A stretch of DNA of 62,175 bases, filler included, from an uncultured Methanosarcinales archaeon (GTDB taxonomy: Archaea > Nanobdellota > Nanobdellia > Woesearchaeales > CAIVOO01), in assembly GCA_964485195.1 (NCBI GenBank). It is 7 parts of 7 records of this genome, joined end to end, with 100 filler letters (N's around TTAATTAATTAA, not from the genome) between each part and the next. Parts side by side here need not be neighbours in the genome. Positions count along the whole stretch, not along the records: positions 1 to 20,894 come from CAZAIK010000011.1; 6 more parts are not named here. One strand, written 5' to 3'. Numbering within the stretch: the stretch's first letter is position 1; every line of letters begins with the position of its first letter. Below are positions 10,201 through 18,437 of this stretch, piece by piece. A model generated the notes under the pieces. The model made no database searches and was not told the origin of the DNA. It saw only the letters and a list, made by a program, of their open reading frames with translations. Both the position numbers and the translations under genes were made by a program.

Positions 10201-13200
10201 GCTTTCCAAAGCTGCTGTTGTCCCATAATTAATTGTCCCGTTCGATATTTCCGAGGTGTCCCATCTTATTTCCGCAGACTCGTTTGTTGTTGCGCTTGTC
10301 ACATTCTCTATTCCAGGAGGTGTTGAGTCCAGGATAAAGAAAACCTGCGAGGAGTTTATGTTGTTTGCAGTGTCATTAACAGCAACTGTTATGTTGTTGC
10401 TGCCCTGCAATGCAGTAAATGATGTGTTCTGGCATCCCGGCAGTGTTAGCGTGTGGCCTGTGACATTGACATACCAGCAGGCGTCAACATCCCCGTTGCC
10501 CACTGTGTAATTCAGGTCAAGGATTTCATAGGTATGATTGGAGTTGTTGACAGGCGACTGCACAGTTAACGCAGGATAGTTGCTGTCTGCTGTGAAGTTT
10601 TCTGTCTCAGAAACATTAAAATTCAAAGCATCATCCCAGCAGGTCACATTCCATTCGTGAAGCCCGTCAGAGAATCCTGAAACAGTGTAATTCGCAGGGG
10701 TGTTGTTCAAACTAGAAACATTCGTGGCATTAACAACACCATCAACACTCAAATTACACGTAAGATTATCATCAAAACTATCAACAGCAGTCCAATTAAA
10801 ATTAAAACTAGTATTAGAAGTGACAACTCCACCAGGAGGATAATTCAAAGTCACACCCGGCTCAACAGCATCAACACTAAAATTCCTTGTTTCCGAAGTA
10901 TTAACATTCAAAGCATCATCCCAGCAGGTCACATTCCATTCGTGAAGCCCGTCAGAGAATCCTGAAACAGTGTAATTCGCAGGGGTGTTGTTCAAACTAG
11001 AAACATTCGTGGCATTAACAACACCATCAACACTCAAATTACACGTAAGATTATCATCAAAACTATCAACAGCAGTCCAATTAAAATTAAAACTAGTATT
11101 AGAAGTGACAACTCCACCAGGAGGATAATTCAAAGTCACACCCGGCTCAACAGCATCAACACTAAAATTCCTTGTTTCCGAAGTATTAACATTCAAAGCA
11201 TCATCCCAGCAGGTCACATTCCATTCGTGAAGCCCGTCAGAGAATCCTGAAACAGTGTAATTCGCAGGGGTGTTGTTCAAACTAGAAACATTCGTGGCAT
11301 TAACAACACCATCAACACTCAAATTACACGTAAGATTATCATCAAAACTATCAACAGCAGTCCAATTAAAATTAAAACTAGTATTAGAAGTGACAACTCC
11401 ACCAGGAGGATAATTCAGCGTGACAGATGGTGAGGAATTGTCTTCTGCAACAACGAGATAATTCATTTCGCTAAGAGTTACCTCGGGAAAGGTGATGGTA
11501 TCTGAGGTCGTGTTTATAATAACAGCTCCTGTTATGTCAAAAGTGCCGCTGCTGTTGGTAACATTAACTTCAAAGCTGAAATCGTCAGGAACATCATAAG
11601 CAGAATAGTTTGTGAAAATAGTCACGTTATGAACATCTATTTGCCGGGTGAAGATGGAAAAAGCAGTAATGTTCCATACCTTCCTGTGGGCTGTGTCCGT
11701 TAACAAATTTTCAGAGTTTCTTAACGCGTTCAGAAGGTATGTGGTTGCGGTTTCATTCTTTGCAGTAAATGCAGGGAATGTTTCCGTAACCCACTCAACC
11801 TCATTGTTTGAGTGCAGGGTTGCTGTGTTGGGCGCGCCTGCAGATGCATTGTCAGAGGCCCACAGCTGGCCTGTGGAGTTGTAGATGTAAACAGTCCCTG
11901 GCTTTATGCTGTTTGGATAGTCTGAAATTATTGGGGGAAGATAATAAATATGGGTGTAGCGGGGTGCGCTGAAGGTGTTGTTGAACGTTATCCAGACCTT
12001 TGCAGAGCCGTTAACACTCGCGTTTGGGCCCAGGGTGTAGTTTGATTCAAGCTGGGTGTAATCAGCAAGGTAGCTTGCTATCTGGCTTGGTTCTGGATGT
12101 GTTGATTCAAAATTAGCAGGAGCTCCTGAATAATTGTAATATACTTCCACTTCTGCATTTATTTCAGAAGTGCAGTTCAGGTAAAGCTCCATAACCCCGT
12201 AATTGCCTTGTGAGAGCGTGTAATTATCAGAGAAATTAGATTCCAGGAGAGTGGGGGTGCTGGCAGGGATCACCTGTTCCTCAGCGCACGTTCTTTTTAT
12301 GGAGTCAAAGTTAAAGTCTTTCACAGCACTGCACAGGTAGGGCTTGCAGGAGGTGTCATTAACAGAAAGATTCATCCTCATAGTGTGAGATCCTACAAAA
12401 TTGTAGTCCTTGAGGAATGAGCAGTTCTTTCCCGAACCGCAGAAGGGAAACTGCTCCACGAGATTGCTTCCAGCTGATGCATTTATGCTTTTTGTGAGCG
12501 TGAACAGGCTTCCGTTTGCCGGCTCCTTTCTCAGCCAGTGAGTCGTGGTCCTGTTGCCGTCATAAGTTGTGTTTTCCCACTCCCAAAGGTAAGTGAACCA
12601 CCACACGTTTGCGGTGGTAAAGTTTGTTGCAGTGTCATAATTCGTCTTTGAGCAGGAAATGTTGAAAGTGAGGTTGTCATACATCAGGTAATTATCAACT
12701 TTGCCTGTGTAGTTTCCCGTCGTGGCGTTGTAGGATAATGTTATGTTATCATCTGTCTGGTTGTTGGTGACGTGACAGTTTGCCCCTCCTATTGGCTGGT
12801 TATTCAGAAAATCAGCATATCGTGCCTCAAAAGGGATGTATATTGTGTAGTTTACACTTCTCCCCTGCGGGTAGACCGACTGGTTTACAGAAAGCACAAC
12901 ATTTGTTGGCCTGCTCTGCACTGTGAAGTTCTGCACGCCTGTCTGGTTGCTATTGCCTGAGGTGTCATTTGCCCAGAAGTACCAGCCAACAACGCTTCCG
13001 GCATTGGCAGTTATTAGTGAAACATTTTCTGAAACATTTGACGTTCCTCCGAAAGGAATGTAAGAGGTGTTGGCCCAGCTTCCGCTCAGGTTTGTTGAGA
13101 ACACATAGCCTGCCAACTCCACATTGTCTGCCCAGGTGGTGTTGAACAGCACAGTGTCATTCCAGTATATTTCGGTTTGGTTCATAGAAGCATTGCTCCA

Positions 13201-14160
13201 GGAAGGAGCTGAAGCATCAACACTAAAATTCCTTGTTTCCGAAGTATTAACATTCAAAGCATCATCCCAGCAGGTCACATTCCATTCGTGAAGCCCGTCA
13301 GAGAATCCTGAAACAGTGTAATTCGCAGGGGTGTTGTTCAAACTAGAAACATTCGTGGCATTAACAACACCATCAACACTCAAATTACACGTAAGATTAT
13401 CATCAAAACTATCAACAGCAGTCCAATTAAAATTAAAACTAGTATTAGAAGTGACAACTCCACCAGGAGGATAATTCAGCGTGATGGAAGGCGCGAGGTT
13501 ATCGTAAGAAACAGTCATAGGGGCATAATCAACAACCAGCCAGCTGTCCTGTGGAAAAACCGGGCTGCCTTCATTTGTATAATTAGCTTCGTATCTTATT
13601 CTTATCCAGTGAGTTGAATTAATGTAGTCAGAAAACCCGGATAAAATGCTGTAATTGCTGGTCACCTCATTTTCGCCATCATCTGTTCTTAAATTGCCAA
13701 TGTCAACCCAGCTGTTTCCTGTCCAATTGTAGATTTCAACATCCTGGTCCCCTGAAACTGTGCCTTCCGCAGGATCGTCACCATCACAATCAGGAGTGGA
13801 ACCCTCTCCTGAATGGCAATATGTGACATTAAACTCCAAACCTGTAATGCCTGATGAAGTTGTGCCCAGGGAGGATATGTTGTATTCCAGGACTATGAAG
13901 GACTCCAGCTCGTCGTCGTTGGATGTTTCGCCAACAGCATAATAGGATGTATCATCTGCGCGTGTATTGTTATAAGAACCAAACTCTTCATCATCACCGG
14001 GAATGTCCATTATGTAGCCATTGTCGGGCAGTATTTCATTACTTGTGGCGCTTTCTGAGGAGGAGACAAAAAAGAGCAAGAACACCGCCGCTAACAAGAC
14101 CAGCGGTTTGACTGGCATTTGCTTTGTCTTTCTTTTGTTCTTATCGCTTCTTCCTTTCAT
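7252..14160 (-). CDS. Giant surface (glyco)protein with repeated Ig-like and FN3-like domains, acidic linker and C-terminal TM helices; real start may be ATG 14118
   Basis: Signal peptide, very many N-x-S/T sequons, four near-identical 95-aa modules, two FN3-like modules (WDT...YGTT...H...L.NxTxYYYNV), Glu/Pro-rich linker, TM segments. Confidence 0.85.
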   Translation of the reverse strand: MKGRSDKNKRKTKQMPVKPLVLLAAVFLLFFVSSSESATSNEILPDNGYIMDIPGDDEEFGSYNNTRADDTSYYAVGETSNDDELESFIVLEYNISSLGTTSSGITGLEFNVTYCHSGEGSTPDCDGDDPAEGTVSGDQDVEIYNWTGNSWVDIGNLRTDDGENEVTSNYSILSGFSDYINSTHWIRIRYEANYTNEGSPVFPQDSWLVVDYAPMTVSYDNLAPSITLNYPPGGVVTSNTSFNFNWTAVDSFDDNLTCNLSVDGVVNATNVSSLNNTPANYTVSGFSDGLHEWNVTCWDDALNVNTSETRNFSVDASAPSWSNASMNQTEIYWNDTVLFNTTWADNVELAGYVFSTNLSGSWANTSYIPFGGTSNVSENVSLITANAGSVVGWYFWANDTSGNSNQTGVQNFTVQSRPTNVVLSVNQSVYPQGRSVNYTIYIPFEARYADFLNNQPIGGANCHVTNNQTDDNITLSYNATTGNYTGKVDNYLMYDNLTFNISCSKTNYDTATNFTTANVWWFTYLWEWENTTYDGNRTTTHWLRKEPANGSLFTLTKSINASAGSNLVEQFPFCGSGKNCSFLKDYNFVGSHTMRMNLSVNDTSCKPYLCSAVKDFNFDSIKRTCAEEQVIPASTPTLLESNFSDNYTLSQGNYGVMELYLNCTSEINAEVEVYYNYSGAPANFESTHPEPSQIASYLADYTQLESNYTLGPNASVNGSAKVWITFNNTFSAPRYTHIYYLPPIISDYPNSIKPGTVYIYNSTGQLWASDNASAGAPNTATLHSNNEVEWVTETFPAFTAKNETATTYLLNALRNSENLLTDTAHRKVWNITAFSIFTRQIDVHNVTIFTNYSAYDVPDDFSFEVNVTNSSGTFDITGAVIINTTSDTITFPEVTLSEMNYLVVAEDNSSPSVTLNYPPGGVVTSNTSFNFNWTAVDSFDDNLTCNLSVDGVVNATNVSSLNNTPANYTVSGFSDGLHEWNVTCWDDALNVNTSETRNFSVDAVEPGVTLNYPPGGVVTSNTSFNFNWTAVDSFDDNLTCNLSVDGVVNATNVSSLNNTPANYTVSGFSDGLHEWNVTCWDDALNVNTSETRNFSVDAVEPGVTLNYPPGGVVTSNTSFNFNWTAVDSFDDNLTCNLSVDGVVNATNVSSLNNTPANYTVSGFSDGLHEWNVTCWDDALNFNVSETENFTADSNYPALTVQSPVNNSNHTYEILDLNYTVGNGDVDACWYVNVTGHTLTLPGCQNTSFTALQGSNNITVAVNDTANNINSSQVFFILDSTPPGIENVTSATTNESAEIRWDTSEISNGTINYGTTAALESTMSNSTIALSHFVNITGLTNNTFYYYNVTSCDIYGNCNTSGVYNFTTNQTNTPPAIILNSPANNSQFNNTNNATLNFTAVDSLSTSLNCSLYINSNLNQTNASVQNSTITNFYINVSPGSYLWRVDCTDGELSSSSETRAFNINDTLPPVIENVTNGTIGIFEAEIVWDTDEDSNSTVSYGTTTSFGNESYNTTFSKNHYILLTSLQNSTLYYYNVSSCDVYGNCNTSGVYNFTTRPLDLSVEQLIPGNNSVDGDGKVYFNCSAADDISLQNISLYVNGILNQTSQVGGTTNHSNFTVTGMADDIYYWSCKASDSENITTSPNRTLIVNTSAVPVYNETFYSGNTTNWSDLPDLSNVCDGEAVLDNPGTNKIVWNDCVNAVGADFDSFVTLSYNNVTVTFGLNNTFNSSATITMRNLSWDATPVIYKDGEACTSDECTIINYNSSTGTLVFNVSHFTSYVTQGNARLGIWDETDSGVLFGNQVRYDGQETRFFANYTNRVSGTPITVATCSINFTDSDNVMSYNSTYQIYEYNRTFAVNGTYKWNVTCSAAGRQTLTTNDTVLITNDTVAPGIATNLNETQVTTSTIRWEWTNPSDYDFNHTEVWIDNAFYANVTVNYYLATGLSPETAYEIQTRTADHNGNVNTTWVNDTATTEAEEEAEEAVPSKKKGSSVAPARYVEEEEPEEEPEVEEVPAEEEEVPAEEKPVSFIGLELVRFGEEGHSGIIILGLVALAIMLVLLIPKPKKHKGRRTSAAGPVQKVYFSELLSRMERHRKAQSGAGKRKRRLYKKLTAPFSFLYALLRNVGKGFRVSRKKQLFRESFLKKKRKKSKKKPEVKVKVVRFIGKNKIILRYTVAVVSAIAVLAMARKLSFPYVGKAAAFLGSYDYSRLILPGFALLVAAAAIAGLYYSARHIAFKRKRRDEIIPVNEDGTRRAARPAEENVIFQGEEKTKQPKKGNAGPARTKKVSKREEMLNELKEVYK
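10621..11423 (-). repeat. Three tandem 285-bp intragenic repeats
   Basis: ATTCAAAGCATCATCCCAGC recurs at 10621, 10906 and 11191; copies appear nucleotide-identical over the shared core. Confidence 0.95.
13213..13484 (-). repeat. Dispersed fourth copy of the 285-bp module
   Basis: Matches 11152-11423 with no difference seen by eye. Confidence 0.93.
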
Positions 14161-14278
14161 TCGCCTCTTTCTCCAGCAGTCTTATGACAAAATCTTTCAG
14201 GCTCAAAGAATTCATTGCGCAGTATATCTTGGCCTTCTTGTGCAGCTCGTCCTTGATGTCTATGTTTATGTTTCCCAT
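14141..14278 (-). CDS. 45-aa ribbon-helix-helix protein, paralogue of 6310-6441, not in ORF track
   Basis: MGNINIDIKDELHKKAKIYCAMNSLSLKDFVIRLLEKEANERKKR; shares NI...ELHKK.K..CA.....K......LEKE with the other RHH. Confidence 0.8.
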   Translation of the reverse strand: MGNINIDIKDELHKKAKIYCAMNSLSLKDFVIRLLEKEANERKKR

Positions 14279-14280
14279 CT

Positions 14281-14338
14281 GAATAAGTTAGCTTACTTAA
14301 CTTAGTGTATATATTTAACTTTATAAACTAACTTATTC
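14281..14338. promoter_or_regulatory. Candidate RHH operator/promoter: 11-bp perfect inverted repeat around a TATA-like box
   Basis: GAATAAGTTAG (14281-91) / CTAACTTATTC (14328-38), internal CTTA tetramers, TTTATAAA at 14320-27. Confidence 0.55.
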
Positions 14339-14397
14339 CATCATATTTAAAACTTTTGGTTTTTGCCAAAGAAATTGCCATTAAATAAGTAATCAGC

Positions 14398-15822
14398 CTA
14401 CTTTCTCTTCTTAACCACAACAGCCCTTGTGATTATTCCCACTATAAAGAAAACAACTGCCCCTATGGTGAGATAATTGGTCAGGACCGGCTCCAGCGCG
14501 AAGTATGCTATTATTGAGCTTCCCAGGCTGGCAAACGCGAGAACAATCAGTATGATTGAGATTATTGAGAGGGCTAACATTGGAGACCTCGCCTTTTTTG
14601 GCTTTTCAGGAGGCCTTCTCAGGCCGGTTTCATTCCTGGCCTCTGCTTTGCTTTCCTCCTTCCTCAGCTTTGCCTCTTCCTTCTTCAGCTTCTTTTTTTC
14701 CTTTCTCTCCAGTTTTGGCTCTTCAGCTTCCCTTTCGTGCCTTCTTTCAAACCTTTTCAGGGCCAGCACCTCCTTCTCAAGGTCAAGAACCTTCCTGCTC
14801 ATACTGGATTCAATCCTGTTTATTTGCTTTTCAACATCCTCATATTTTGCAAGGCCCTTTGCTGAGTTCCTAATCTCCTTTATTTCCTTCTTTGCGCTGT
14901 TAATATCGCTATTTAATTCAGAAACTTCCTTTTCAAACTCCTTCTTTGTGAGATTAGTCTCCCTCAACCCCCTGATTTCCTTCCTTGCGTCGTCAATTTC
15001 GGAATTGAAGCTTGAGACCTGCTTGTGAAAGTCATTTTTCTGCAAAGAGTTTGACTCAACCATTGAAACATATCTTTTCAGCCTGTTTATCTCGGCAGCT
15101 GCAAGCTTTAGCTCGCTGAATTCCTTGTTGATTCTCGCTGCCATGTCCTTTGCCTCATCTGAGGTGAAGGCCTTGGCAACATTCTGGTTTGTCTTCACAA
15201 CTTCCTTTGCCAATAAATCAACCCTGGCGTTGATCATGTTGGTCCTTTTCTCCAGCTCCGAGGCTGTTATTGTTTCCTTTATCTTCCTTAATTCTGCAAC
15301 TTCCTTTTTTATGTCTGCAAATTCCTTGTTCAGGTCGTTTGTCAGGGTCTTTAGCTGGTTCTTGGTGACAACTGTCTTCATCTGCTCGTTTATTCTTGAG
15401 AATACCTTTGCGGAATTGTTGTTGACATCCTCTATGTGCTTGTTGACCTGATTGGTGTATTCTGTTATCTTCTTGTTGGTATTCGCATTCAGGTCAGAAA
15501 GCTGCCTGGAAATTTCCTGCTTCAGGCTGTCAAACCTTTGCTCAAACTCCTTCTGGTCTGTCTTGTTTTCCTCCAATGTTTTTATGGAGCTATCAAGGTC
15601 CCATATCTTCTTGAGCGTGTTGTTTAATTCACCAACTTTTATCTTGAGAAGGTTGAACTTGTCTTTTGGGGTGTAACTGTCGCTTATGGCGTCAACGTCC
15701 TGCCTTAACTTGTGCGCAGAGGAAAGCGCCTGGTCCTGCTTTTCCTTCAGGTCAGAGATGTCTTTCTTTATCCCTGCGAAAGAATTCTTCAGTATTGTCT
15801 TAAGCTGTGAAACTTCGTCCAT
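14398..15822 (-). CDS. Long coiled-coil protein with two C-terminal TM helices
   Basis: Heptad-rich K/E/L sequence and hydrophobic C-terminus. Confidence 0.75.
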   Translation of the reverse strand: MDEVSQLKTILKNSFAGIKKDISDLKEKQDQALSSAHKLRQDVDAISDSYTPKDKFNLLKIKVGELNNTLKKIWDLDSSIKTLEENKTDQKEFEQRFDSLKQEISRQLSDLNANTNKKITEYTNQVNKHIEDVNNNSAKVFSRINEQMKTVVTKNQLKTLTNDLNKEFADIKKEVAELRKIKETITASELEKRTNMINARVDLLAKEVVKTNQNVAKAFTSDEAKDMAARINKEFSELKLAAAEINRLKRYVSMVESNSLQKNDFHKQVSSFNSEIDDARKEIRGLRETNLTKKEFEKEVSELNSDINSAKKEIKEIRNSAKGLAKYEDVEKQINRIESSMSRKVLDLEKEVLALKRFERRHEREAEEPKLERKEKKKLKKEEAKLRKEESKAEARNETGLRRPPEKPKKARSPMLALSIISIILIVLAFASLGSSIIAYFALEPVLTNYLTIGAVVFFIVGIITRAVVVKKRK

Positions 15823-16006
15823 TTTATTTTAACCCCAACGGAGTGATGTATATAGAGTGAGTATTTAAACCTTTTGATTTTAAGTACTCCAAGATAGTAA
15901 TAATAATAGCATAAAAGATGTAATTATTATAAGCGTATGATATAACTATACACTATGTTTAATTTCAATTATAATAAGACTATTACTATTATAATGGACA
16001 TATCAT

Positions 16007-16303
16007 CTATTTATAAACAAAGCGCCTGAAATGCTTGCAGTTAAGGCAGTAATACACAATTTTGCCCTTAGAAACCCTGATCCTGCAGTTTTCACCAGGA
16101 ACAAAATAGGTATGGCAGTTCCTGCAGAATCTTCTCTTCAATTCCCTGGGTATGGGTGTCTTGGTCTTGCTGGCTGTTTTCAACGCCAGTTCCACATACC
16201 TGTTGGCCCTTTCCCGTGTCTCAGCTTCCTCTGCCTGCCTGAAAAGCTCCCTTACCTGCCTTTCAGCCCTCTTCCTGACCTGCTCCCTTTTTTCCCTTCT
16301 CAT
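16007..16303 (-). CDS. rnp4: Ribonuclease P protein component 4 (Rpp21/RPR2)
   Basis: A.RYV.LA...KRRFCRNC...PG.NCRIR...CLNC zinc ribbon. Confidence 0.92.
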   Translation of the reverse strand: MRREKREQVRKRAERQVRELFRQAEEAETRERANRYVELALKTASKTKTPIPRELKRRFCRNCHTYFVPGENCRIRVSKGKIVYYCLNCKHFRRFVYK

Positions 16304-16342
16304 TCGTTAAATATTAATATATCCTCTGATGTTTTAAAAATT

Positions 16343-17602
16343 ATGGGATTTATAAAAATGCTTTTTTTCAAGAAAGAGAAGGCCCGGCCCAAGAAAGTCA
16401 AGGTAAAGCCTGAAGAGCTGCACGAAAAATACCACGACATTCTTGGTGATGCCCTGAATGACTTTGAGGCAGAGGTTTCAGAAATGTTCAGGAGCATAAA
16501 AGAGAGCAGGCAGGAGATAGAAAACCTGCTGAAAGAGCTGGAAGATGCAGAGCTCAAGAATCCTAACGTTCCCCCAAAGGAAAGGCATTTTATGGAGGGG
16601 AACAGGCTGGCATTTTCCAAGGCGGTGAGGGATTTCATCTCAAAACTCAACGAGCCCGAAGACATAATCTCTGATGAGACCATAAAAAAATTCCTTGAAA
16701 AATACAGGGAGGACGCTGAGAATTTCAAGAAAACCTCCTTGAGGCCGGGGCAGATAAGCTCGCAGTTTTTCGGGGGCATCATAAAAAAGATTAACAGCCA
16801 GCTTGTAAGTATTGATAATAAAACAAAGGAATTGAGCGAGATTATGAAGCGCGAAGATGTTAATGCGCTTTCTGAGATAAAGGAGAAGATAAAATTGATG
16901 AGCAAAGAAATGCAAAAGAATGACTATATTCTGAAGCAGATAGAGCAGGCAGAGAAGGAATATGAAGATGCCAAAAGCGAAAGGGCGGTTTTTGAGAAGA
17001 GAATAAGGAACCTGGAAACCGCATCATCCTACACCAAGCTGAAAGAGGCAAAAGAAAAGCTGAAAAAAAAGGAAGAGGAGCTGAAAATGCTTGACGCCGG
17101 CTTCATAGACAACTTTCTCCAGATAGAAAAGGCACTCAAGAAGTTCGCCAAGAGCGACGATGAAAAATTCATAAACAAGTACGTGGAAGACCCTGTTTCT
17201 GCGGTGCTGGAGGATTCTGAATTACGGATAATTGAGATTCTCAACAGGACAAAGGAAGCGCTTCAGAGCGGGGCCCTGGAGATAGACGAGAAAAAGCAGG
17301 AAAAGCTGGCTGAAAAACTAAACGCCCTGGACAAGGAGACATTCACAAAATTCCTGATTGACCATAATGGTTTAACGCTTAAAATCAGCGAGCTGAACAG
17401 GCTGGTAAACCAGAACAATTCGCAGAGGGAGATTGACGACAACAAGTACAAGCTGGAGCACGTTCAGCAAAAACAGCAGGCCATAGGTGAAAACATCAAG
17501 AAACTGAACAAGCAAATGGAAGACTTAAAAATAGAAAAGCATAAACAGGACATAGAGCAGGGATTTGAAAAGCTAAATGCTCCTGTGGATATAGAGTTAT
17601 GA
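16343..17602 (+). CDS. Coiled-coil hypothetical protein (start reassigned to ATG 16343)
   Basis: Heptad-rich sequence; the upstream extension in the ORF track is antisense to rnp4. Confidence 0.75.
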   Translation: MGFIKMLFFKKEKARPKKVKVKPEELHEKYHDILGDALNDFEAEVSEMFRSIKESRQEIENLLKELEDAELKNPNVPPKERHFMEGNRLAFSKAVRDFISKLNEPEDIISDETIKKFLEKYREDAENFKKTSLRPGQISSQFFGGIIKKINSQLVSIDNKTKELSEIMKREDVNALSEIKEKIKLMSKEMQKNDYILKQIEQAEKEYEDAKSERAVFEKRIRNLETASSYTKLKEAKEKLKKKEEELKMLDAGFIDNFLQIEKALKKFAKSDDEKFINKYVEDPVSAVLEDSELRIIEILNRTKEALQSGALEIDEKKQEKLAEKLNALDKETFTKFLIDHNGLTLKISELNRLVNQNNSQREIDDNKYKLEHVQQKQQAIGENIKKLNKQMEDLKIEKHKQDIEQGFEKLNAPVDIEL

Positions 17603-17733
17603 GCAAGGAGCTGAAAAAGAAAGGGATAACGTATCACCTTATCGGAATCGCTTCAGTAGCTGCAACCTCCTGGTTCACCAAGGACTTCTTGGGAGGCATA
17701 GCCAGGGTTTTCACAGGCAAATGGAAAAAATAG
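17599..17733 (+). CDS. 44-aa cationic hydrophobic small protein, not in ORF track
   Basis: MSKELKKKGITYHLIGIASVAATSWFTKDFLGGIARVFTGKWKK; ATGA overlap upstream and short overlap downstream fill the gap exactly. Confidence 0.6.
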   Translation: MSKELKKKGITYHLIGIASVAATSWFTKDFLGGIARVFTGKWKK

Positions 17734-18194
17734 ATGAGTTTGTCAGCTATTTCACAGGCCAGAAGATAGACAACATTCTAAGGGTAAAGGATGGTTATTT
17801 CCTTGCAGGCAGGGAACTGAAGGAAACAAGTGAAAAGACAGGGCAAACGCCCTTTGCAATAGGGCTTTTCCTGGGAAAACTGAAAAACAGGAATTTCGTT
17901 CCAGGAGCCAGCATTCTCAACATAATCTCAAAAAAAACTGACAGGAAGGTGTTTGTGAACAGGAAAACAGAATGGCTTTTCCTGTGCGGAAGGGACATAT
18001 TCGGAAAGGGCATTGTCAAGGCAAATGTGAAAAAAGGGAAAGTGCTTGTGCAGAATGAGAGGGATGAGAATCTCGGATACGGCGAGGTCATTGAGGACAT
18101 TTCAGAAAAGGACAAAATAGTGGTAAAAAATCTTTTTGACAAGGGAGCTTTCTTGAGAAGGGAAAAAAGAGGTGGTTTATGGCAAGGAAAATAA
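17721..18194 (+). CDS. NIP7-like PUA-domain RNA-binding protein
   Basis: GLFLG...EWLFLCGRDIF...VLVQNERDENLGYG...DKGAFLRRE. Confidence 0.8.
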   Translation: MEKIDEFVSYFTGQKIDNILRVKDGYFLAGRELKETSEKTGQTPFAIGLFLGKLKNRNFVPGASILNIISKKTDRKVFVNRKTEWLFLCGRDIFGKGIVKANVKKGKVLVQNERDENLGYGEVIEDISEKDKIVVKNLFDKGAFLRREKRGGLWQGK

Positions 18195-18388
18195 GGCTGA
18201 ACTGGGTTGTGACCCTCGTGCTGTCAATAATATTAGGCGGCCTGGGTGTGGACAGGTTCATGATGCGCCAGGTAGGCTGGGGAATCCTGAAGCTGATAAC
18301 CCTGGGAGGATTCGGAATCTGGTGGCTGATTGACTGGATACTGATAGCAACCAAGTATGATTTCAAAGATGTTGAATGGGTTGACTAG
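18179..18388 (+). CDS. TM2 domain protein
   Basis: LGGLGVDRF...GILKLITLGGFGIWWLIDWILI. Confidence 0.9.
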   Translation: MARKIRLNWVVTLVLSIILGGLGVDRFMMRQVGWGILKLITLGGFGIWWLIDWILIATKYDFKDVEWVD

Positions 18389-18437
18389 ATTTTTTATTTT
18401 ATTCCTTTTTTTAAGACAAGCGTTTCTGTTTATGCAT

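Noticed and set aside
10621..13484. Diversity-generating retroelement template/variable repeats
   Set aside because: No adenine-specific mismatches between copies and no reverse transcriptase in the window
15850..16000. AT-rich spacer as a replication origin
   Set aside because: No ORB-like repeats and no adjacent cdc6/orc1; AT richness alone is insufficient
16031..16342. N-terminal extension of the 523-aa ORF
   Set aside because: Antisense to rnp4; ATG 16343 follows a TATA-like box
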